IMG/VR virus record: IMGVR_UViG_3300031455_000001
Location: 64,001 to 128,000 of that record
DNA length: 64,000 nt
Origin: a virus
Direction: 5' to 3' (one strand)
Both the position numbers and the translations under genes were made by a program. Shown here piece after piece: positions 58,718 to 64,000 of this stretch (its first letter is position 1; each line of letters opens with the position of its first letter). The notes below the pieces were generated by a model. The model saw only the letters and a list, made by a program, of their open reading frames with translations, did no database searches and was not told the origin of the DNA.

Positions 58718-58909
58718 GTAGGGGTTTGCTCCACGTTAAAAAAATAAAGCCCATAGTATTCGAGATGTGATGTCTCAACCTTTAGAGAGTTTGGCTGTTG
58801 TCTCTGGCTAATAATACAACAGAAAATATAATGCATAGCCAAAGACCAAGTGGGCGTGTCAAGTTATTGTAACTTGCTAAAGGTCAAAAATATATCTTAC
58901 CACCCCTAC
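58718..58909 (+). ncRNA. Unassigned structured RNA
   Basis: gtaggggt/acccctac closing stem, gcccat/gtgggc, tttggctg/tagccaaa. Confidence 0.45.
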
Positions 58910-59109
58910 CTATTGACATGGGTGAGTCGAAAAGTGGGGTTAAAAGAATGATAGGTGAGCTAAAGATTAAGCTACATTAAAAAAGAATGTCACTTTTTGT
59001 AGCACAGGATTCGAACCTGTAACATTGCCTATCCTGCTGATATTGACTTCGTGGTTATAGATATTGGCGATTGATTTTATAAAAAGACAGTTTTATCTAA
59101 AGTCAAGGT

Positions 59110-59242
59110 ATCTTGGATAGAGCCTACGATAAATTTCTGGTTAGTGCTTGTTAATTCTAAAGCCCTTTTCCTCACACCGATATTGCAACGGTAAAAGCAC
59201 TGTAGAAAAGTGAGGATTCAATTCGTAGGTTCTATCCAAGGT
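59110..59242 (+). ncRNA. Unassigned structured RNA overlapping the tRNA-His 5' end
   Basis: 20-bp closing stem with only G-U deviations; internal cctcac/gtgagg and agtgctt/aagcact. Confidence 0.6.
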
Positions 59243-59308
59243 GTGGCGTAATGGTTAACGCGGTAGACTGTGAATCTACTAATGAGAGTTCGATTCTCTC
59301 CATCTTGA
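59237..59308 (+). tRNA. tRNA-His(GTG)
   Basis: CAAGGTG/CATCTTG; loop CT-GTG-AA; TTCGATT. Confidence 0.8.
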
Positions 59309-59314
59309 CTTAAT

Positions 59315-59387
59315 GGATCTTTAGCATAATGGCTAATGCCCTCATCTCATAAATGAGCTTATGCTAGTTCGAATCTAGCAAGATCCA
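59315..59387 (+). tRNA. tRNA(CAT), Ile2-like or Met
   Basis: GGATCTT/AAGATCC; loop CT-CAT-AA; GGAxCTTTAGC start resembles Bacillus Ile2. Confidence 0.85.
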
Positions 59388-59408
59388 CTTCTACCTACCT
59401 TGTCGAAA

Positions 59409-59622
59409 GATAACTAGATGGGCTTCGCTGTGGGAGCGCTGTGAGATGTTGGCTAGGCAACTAACCCTAGATACTCATTTCAGACTTCGGGCGCTGGGCG
59501 CTGGACAGTTGGCAGGCAACAGAAAAACTTGTGCAAGACTCACTTCGGAGAAATAACGACACAGAAGATGGCGAGATAGGTACGCATAAGTCCAACGAGG
59601 AGACATTTCTTCGTTTGTTATC
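59409..59622 (+). ncRNA. Unassigned multi-branched structured RNA (about 215 nt)
   Basis: gataac/gttatc, tgggctt/aagtcca, ctgtg/cacag, agcgc/gcgct; GC-enriched. Confidence 0.5.
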
Positions 59623-59635
59623 AATTGATACTTAT

Positions 59636-59707
59636 GGGAGAGTAGCTGAGATGGATTAGCGAAGGACTGAAAATCCTTAGAGAGTGGATCGTTACCATTT
59701 TCTCCCA
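59636..59707 (+). tRNA. tRNA-Phe(GAA)
   Basis: GGGAGAG/TTCTCCC; loop CT-GAA-AA; non-canonical T-loop ATCGTTA. Confidence 0.8.
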
Positions 59708-59710
59708 CTA

Positions 59711-60304
59711 GGCGACTCGCTACCTCAAGTGCGATAAAAGTGCTGGATAGGTTGATGTTTCGACTTTCAGCAGGGTCTTACTGGTGTGTTAGACCCTAAT
59801 AAAAAGACACAGACCAACAAGAAAGTCATTGCACATTGTAGCGAAGTTAGATGGTTGATAACTACAATGAAATACAACCATCGACTTATACTTAATCACA
59901 TCTCATCTGCAATGTGGGTTGTGATAAATTCCTTGTGTAGCCTTACCATTTCTGATGTAGGATCGGTGGTAAAAGTGAAAGATAGATCCTACGCTGATCG
60001 CACTTGATACAAGGTTTGAGTGTGATCTAAATTAATTTTTCTATCCTTCTGCAAGCCATGCGTGGTGTCATCGACAGAGATGTTAAAGCAGATTAAAATT
60101 TTGGAGATATGGAGTTCATGACAGGTTCAAATATCTTACTTATTATTTTAAAATACCGTCAGTACCACCTGTATCTGGTCTATGATCGAAAACTGACAAC
60201 CGCAAGCGTCCTCCATACTTAATATATGGTGATACACCAGACAAGAATCGATAAAAAGTCGAGGGTGTTTGCAAGCTAGGTTGGTTCTTGGTATGAGCCT
60301 AGCT
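59711..60304 (+). ncRNA. Chain of H-type pseudoknots (unassigned RNA)
   Basis: At least four pseudoknots with explicit pairings (see findings). Confidence 0.5.
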
Positions 60305-60312
60305 ATTATAAT

Positions 60313-60387
60313 GTGGGATTGGTCTAATGGCTATGATTCCTGTTTTCCAAACAGGCGATGAGGTTTCGACTACCTCATCCCACACCA
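60313..60387 (+). tRNA. tRNA-Gly(TCC)
   Basis: GTGGGAT/ATCCCAC-A-CCA; loop TT-TCC-AA. Confidence 0.85.
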
Positions 60388-60416
60388 TAAATATAAATAT
60401 AAATGAGTTGTTTAAA

Positions 60417-60432
60417 TGTTTCACGTGAAACA
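60417..60432. other. parS site
   Basis: TGTTTCACGTGAAACA. Confidence 0.85.
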
Positions 60433-60510
60433 ATTTTATTTTTAGCTTCACAAATGGAACAAATTGTAATACATAAAATATTGATTCAAAGAGCAAAAAG
60501 GGGATATCCA

Positions 60511-60870
60511 ATGAAATCACGTAGAGAACGAAGAGCAGAAGCAAGAAAAAACAAAGTACCATTCGAGCCTCAATATTCTTCTGGTACAAGAAAATCTCCA
60601 GTAGAAGTTAAGGAAAAAGAAGATGGTGGATTTGAAGTTGTTGGTGGAGAAACCTATACAGTAGGTGGAGAACCTAAGTCTTATGAAGAAATGTATGGCG
60701 CAGGCTATGAGCGATTCAATGATAAGCACGTAACTATTAAAGAAGTAGAAGTATCGGTATCAGAAGATGCTGAAATTAAACTAGAAGAATTGATTAAAGC
60801 TACAGAAGGCAAAGAAAATCCTCACTTGGATCAAGACTTTGGGAAACCAGAAGGCAAAGAGCTTTTATAA
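60511..60870 (+). CDS. Hypothetical protein
   Basis: AGGGG RBS before MKSRRERR. Confidence 0.7.
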   Translation: MKSRRERRAEARKNKVPFEPQYSSGTRKSPVEVKEKEDGGFEVVGGETYTVGGEPKSYEEMYGAGYERFNDKHVTIKEVEVSVSEDAEIKLEELIKATEGKENPHLDQDFGKPEGKELL

Positions 60871-60965
60871 TAGATTAATTCTCGTTTAGGCGAGTGGTCG
60901 GGAAGACATTACGAGTCAAGGGCTAAAGCCTTTGGCTTGTTTGTGTTAAAAAAGGAGAGAATGAA

Positions 60966-62192
60966 TTGAGGTCTTTTAAGAATAAAGATGGAGAAAAGGT
61001 AGAAGTAACAGAAGATCATTTAAAGACGGCAATCAAAATCAAAAAAGAACTTCAAAGACTGTCACCATCAGGAAAGGCGTCTTGGGTTAAACTAGTGAGG
61101 ATGATGGAGTCAGAAGGATTTTATGATGCTTGCAACAATGAGTCGTACAGATGTATGATTAAAAGTCACCAGAAATCCATTGGTGAGCTACCAGAAGTCG
61201 CCAAACATGCTGAAATGGTTTCAGATAATAAGTTACAGTCAATTAAAGAAGCTGTAGGAGAAATGGCATACGCAAAGCGTGATGCGCAAAATGAGTATAG
61301 AAATCTTAGTAAGTTGAGAAGAGAAGTTATTGACACAGCTCTCTTTATAGAAGAAGTAAAAAGTGAATTGAGCAACTTGAATTTTGATAATATATCATTT
61401 AGCTACGACAGACTAGAAGAGACAGAGAATGCAATGACAGTTATGATGACTGATTGGCACATTGGATTAAGAACATCTAACTACAACTATAGTATAGCAT
61501 TGGATAGAGTGAAAAGCTATGCACAAAAAATTATACACTATGCTAAATTATTCAATATTACAGAAGTGAATGTCTTAGGTATAGGAGACTTAGTGGAGGG
61601 TGGTTATCTTCGACCACAGCAAGCGTTTGACATTGAATTTACATATAGTGAGCAAATAATAAAAGCGACAGAGATTGTTAATGCTTTTCTAATTATGCTA
61701 TCCGAAGAGTTGAATGTAGTCTATTTGGGTAGCGTTCTAGGCAATCATAGCAGAATGTATGATAAAGGAGCTACCATATCTGGTGATAGTGCAGAAAATA
61801 TTGTAGACGCAACAGTTAAATCATTTATAAATTTATTAGGAAACAAAAGGATATCTATAGATGATAAGAAGGTCACTAATTATGATATAGTATTTGAATT
61901 AAATAACAAAAAAATAAAAGCTGTACATGGAGATTTGTTAAGAAAATCATCCAATGAAAAAATAGTAAAATTTATATCGTCAGACAATGAGTTTTATGAC
62001 TTATTATTGTATGGACATTTTCATCATACAGACTACAAGGAAGAAAATCACGGTAGAATGTCTATAGGCGCAGGATGCTTACAGGGCACAACTGATTATA
62101 GTAAGCAACTTGGATATGACACTCTACCCTCTCAAACAATAATTATATTAGAGGGAGAAAGTATTATTCCAATAAGAATTGTTTTGGTGTGA
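60966..62192 (+). CDS. Calcineurin-like metallophosphoesterase (SPbeta YonJ-like)
   Basis: TDWH, GDLVEG, GNH, HGD, GHFH. Confidence 0.85.
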   Translation: MRSFKNKDGEKVEVTEDHLKTAIKIKKELQRLSPSGKASWVKLVRMMESEGFYDACNNESYRCMIKSHQKSIGELPEVAKHAEMVSDNKLQSIKEAVGEMAYAKRDAQNEYRNLSKLRREVIDTALFIEEVKSELSNLNFDNISFSYDRLEETENAMTVMMTDWHIGLRTSNYNYSIALDRVKSYAQKIIHYAKLFNITEVNVLGIGDLVEGGYLRPQQAFDIEFTYSEQIIKATEIVNAFLIMLSEELNVVYLGSVLGNHSRMYDKGATISGDSAENIVDATVKSFINLLGNKRISIDDKKVTNYDIVFELNNKKIKAVHGDLLRKSSNEKIVKFISSDNEFYDLLLYGHFHHTDYKEENHGRMSIGAGCLQGTTDYSKQLGYDTLPSQTIIILEGESIIPIRIVLV

Positions 62193-62197
62193 TATAA

Positions 62198-62347
62198 ATG
62201 CCAAAAAAATTAACTTGCAAAGAGTTTTCTGAAAGAATAAAAGAGAAATATGGAGATAATGATATACCTATGTTGATTATACCATTTTACGAGATCGAAA
62301 ATATTGATCGTATTTTGATGGATTTTATCAATTCAAATACAGGTTAA
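62198..62347 (+). pseudogene. Internally deleted homing-endonuclease remnant
   Basis: MPKKLTCKEFSERIKEKYGD fused to NDIPMLIIPFYEIENIDRIL, typical N- and C-termini of phage DUF723/Vsr-type endonucleases. Confidence 0.6.
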
Positions 62348-62465
62348 AACTATAATTTTATACAAAAGGTTACAAAAGTGAGTCCATAAGGCTATTTATT
62401 ATGAAGAGGATTATTTAAAAAGAGCATTGAATGAGACATTTAACCGTAACTCTCCCTTCGGTTAG

Positions 62466-63521
62466 ATGTTTCACAATGCTCTTTTTTGTTTTTTAACATT
62501 TCAGGAAGTGAATATAATGAACCCAAGAAGAAAGACTAAAGAAGAAATACCTAAGAAAAAATGTACCAACGAGAGTTGCGAAAGAGTAAGAAGCTACACT
62601 TTCTTTTATAAAGTAGACAGTCCTATATTTCCAGATGGAATGCTCAACATATGTAGAGATTGTGTGAGAGATCAAGTAGACATAGAAGATATGGATTCAA
62701 TTATAGGTTTCCTTAGACAGATCGACAAACCCTTTCATCAAAAGGAATGGGATAATGCTTTAAAAGCAAAAGGGCATCCTATTGGTGTTTATTTATCTAA
62801 GATCAATTCTTTAGTGCAGTATAAGGGTGAAACTTTCAATAACAGTGATGGATTCAATGGCTTTGGAAAAATTGATTTATCATCTGCTAAAACAAAGGAT
62901 GAGATCCTTAATTTAAAAGGAGAAAAAATATTTTATTCAGATGAACTAGTAGACAAGTGGGGCATCGGATATAAAAAAGAAGAATATCTTAAGATGGAGA
63001 AATTCTATCAAGATATGAGATTTACACACGAAATAAATACACCAGTACATATAGGAAAGTTAATGGAATTAGCTTATCTGCAAATAGAATTAACAAGATT
63101 GAGAAAAGAAAGAGCTATCTCTGATTATACAAAGTTAGCGTCTACCATTGACAAAATGGAGCAATCATCTGGATTTAGACCTGTTGACCGACAGGGTTTG
63201 GATGATGCCACTGGAATGAGAAGCTTTTCTCAGATCTTTGAAGAGGTTGAAAAAAGAGGATTCAGAATGCCTCCAGTGGTAGAGATTGAAAGAGACATTG
63301 TGGATGCAATGATAGTTTCTCTGGGAAATTACTACAATAGAATAGTTGGCAGGCAGATTCTTGCCGAGATACCAGATGAAATAAAAGAAGAACTTGATGA
63401 GTTTTATGAACTAGATGAAACTCCAGTCGAGATAAATGATGAAGAATACGAATATTTAGACTTCGGACTGGAAGAAGATTTAGAGCCAGATGAAAATCAA
63501 GACAAAGATGAAGATGCATAA
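62466..63521 (+). CDS. Putative terminase small subunit / packaging protein (start probably 62517)
   Basis: Zn-finger N-terminus, acidic tail, directly upstream of terL. Confidence 0.55.
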   Translation: MFHNALFCFLTFQEVNIMNPRRKTKEEIPKKKCTNESCERVRSYTFFYKVDSPIFPDGMLNICRDCVRDQVDIEDMDSIIGFLRQIDKPFHQKEWDNALKAKGHPIGVYLSKINSLVQYKGETFNNSDGFNGFGKIDLSSAKTKDEILNLKGEKIFYSDELVDKWGIGYKKEEYLKMEKFYQDMRFTHEINTPVHIGKLMELAYLQIELTRLRKERAISDYTKLASTIDKMEQSSGFRPVDRQGLDDATGMRSFSQIFEEVEKRGFRMPPVVEIERDIVDAMIVSLGNYYNRIVGRQILAEIPDEIKEELDEFYELDETPVEINDEEYEYLDFGLEEDLEPDENQDKDEDA

Positions 63522-63561
63522 TAGTTGACTAATAGCAAGACTGAAAGGTGGTGATGCTAAT

Positions 63562-64000
63562 ATGTCTTCTAAGTGGAAAAGTTTTGATGATTTAGAAAAT
63601 ATAAAGGGTACAAATTCAAATAAGAATATAAGTGAAATGCTTCCAGAGTTCGCTGAGATGCTTTCTTATTTTCAAGTTTACCCAGATAGATTTATTGATT
63701 ACATACTCCCAGAGGATAGCACGTTTAAACTATATCCTTTTCAGCGAGTATTTCTAAGAATCATGGCTCGATACAAGAAGATTTATTAGTACATCACCGC
63801 GACACGGGGAACTTCTAAATCTTTCTTGAATATATTATCAATGTATTTGAAATGTATATTCTTCCCTAATATAAAACTGTCGTTAGTTGCTCCACAAAAG
63901 GATCAGGCAAGTCAAATTGCTCAGCAAAATATTGAGCAAATTTGGAACTTTATGCCCCTGTTGCAGAAAGAAATCAAACCAAAAGGAATGACATTTGCAA
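63562..64000 (+). CDS. terL: Terminase large subunit (N-terminal part) interrupted by in-frame TAG at 63787-63789
   Basis: LYPFQRVFL...KKIY*YITATRGTSKSFL...VAPQKDQA; frame stays open to window end. Confidence 0.85.

Larger units (their letters stand above)
1..64000. mobile_element. Large SPbeta-like Bacillales phage / phage-plasmid (partial)
   Basis: Primase-DnaB-AAA-SSB block, HU, metallophosphoesterase, terminase, tRNA cluster, dense small early genes, Firmicutes-type RBS and sigma-A promoters; no host housekeeping operons. Confidence 0.9.

Noticed and set aside
59004-59020. Minus-strand tRNA (acagg-ttcgaat-cctgt T-arm)
   Set aside because: No acceptor, D or anticodon arms could be built
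60103-60215. tmRNA
   Set aside because: Weak 5' resemblance only; no T-arm, no G3-U70 pair, no tag frame
60881-60940. Pistol ribozyme (CTCG-TTTAGG-CGAG start)
   Set aside because: Lacks the AAA linker and cleavage-site layout; the downstream part is a terminator-like hairpin
63562-64000. Genome-wide TAG recoding (code 15)
   Set aside because: Many genes end cleanly at TAG (e.g. 46229, 47766, 56000), long genes lack internal TAG, and no suppressor tRNA is seen

Overview
This window is a 64-kb piece of a large, AT-rich Firmicutes (Bacillales-type) phage or phage-plasmid with SPbeta-like gene content. From left to right: (1) a minus-strand replication block (primase, DnaB helicase, putative loader, nucleotide kinase, 3D-domain protein, AAA ATPase, SSB) and an integrase-derived, probably catalytically dead repressor; (2) about 20 kb of small accessory/early genes, including a Lar-like protein, an Ocr-like DNA mimic, a peptidase and lipoproteins, many behind strong sigma-A promoters; (3) a repeat-rich control region at 29.4-33.2 kb; (4) a short plus-strand island carrying three host-type parS sites, followed by a strand-skew switch at 36.4-37.8 kb; (5) vWA and RecD2 genes; (6) a plus-strand module of ParM/ParR-like, pilin-like, M23, VirD4/TraG-like ATPase and Replic_Relax genes behind a sigma-E/K-like promoter; (7) a tyrosine recombinase, an origin-like inverted repeat and an initiator-like gene; (8) HU, PhoH, HNH, five tRNAs interleaved with unexplained structured RNAs, a metallophosphoesterase and terminase genes, with an in-frame TAG in terL. 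The two strongest candidates for undescribed systems are an integron-like array of single-gene cassettes at 11.5-16.6 kb separated by conserved 14+7+14-bp junction elements, and the sporulation-promoter DNA-transfer/partition module at 45.1-51.8 kb. All assignments come from reading motifs by eye; no database search was run.
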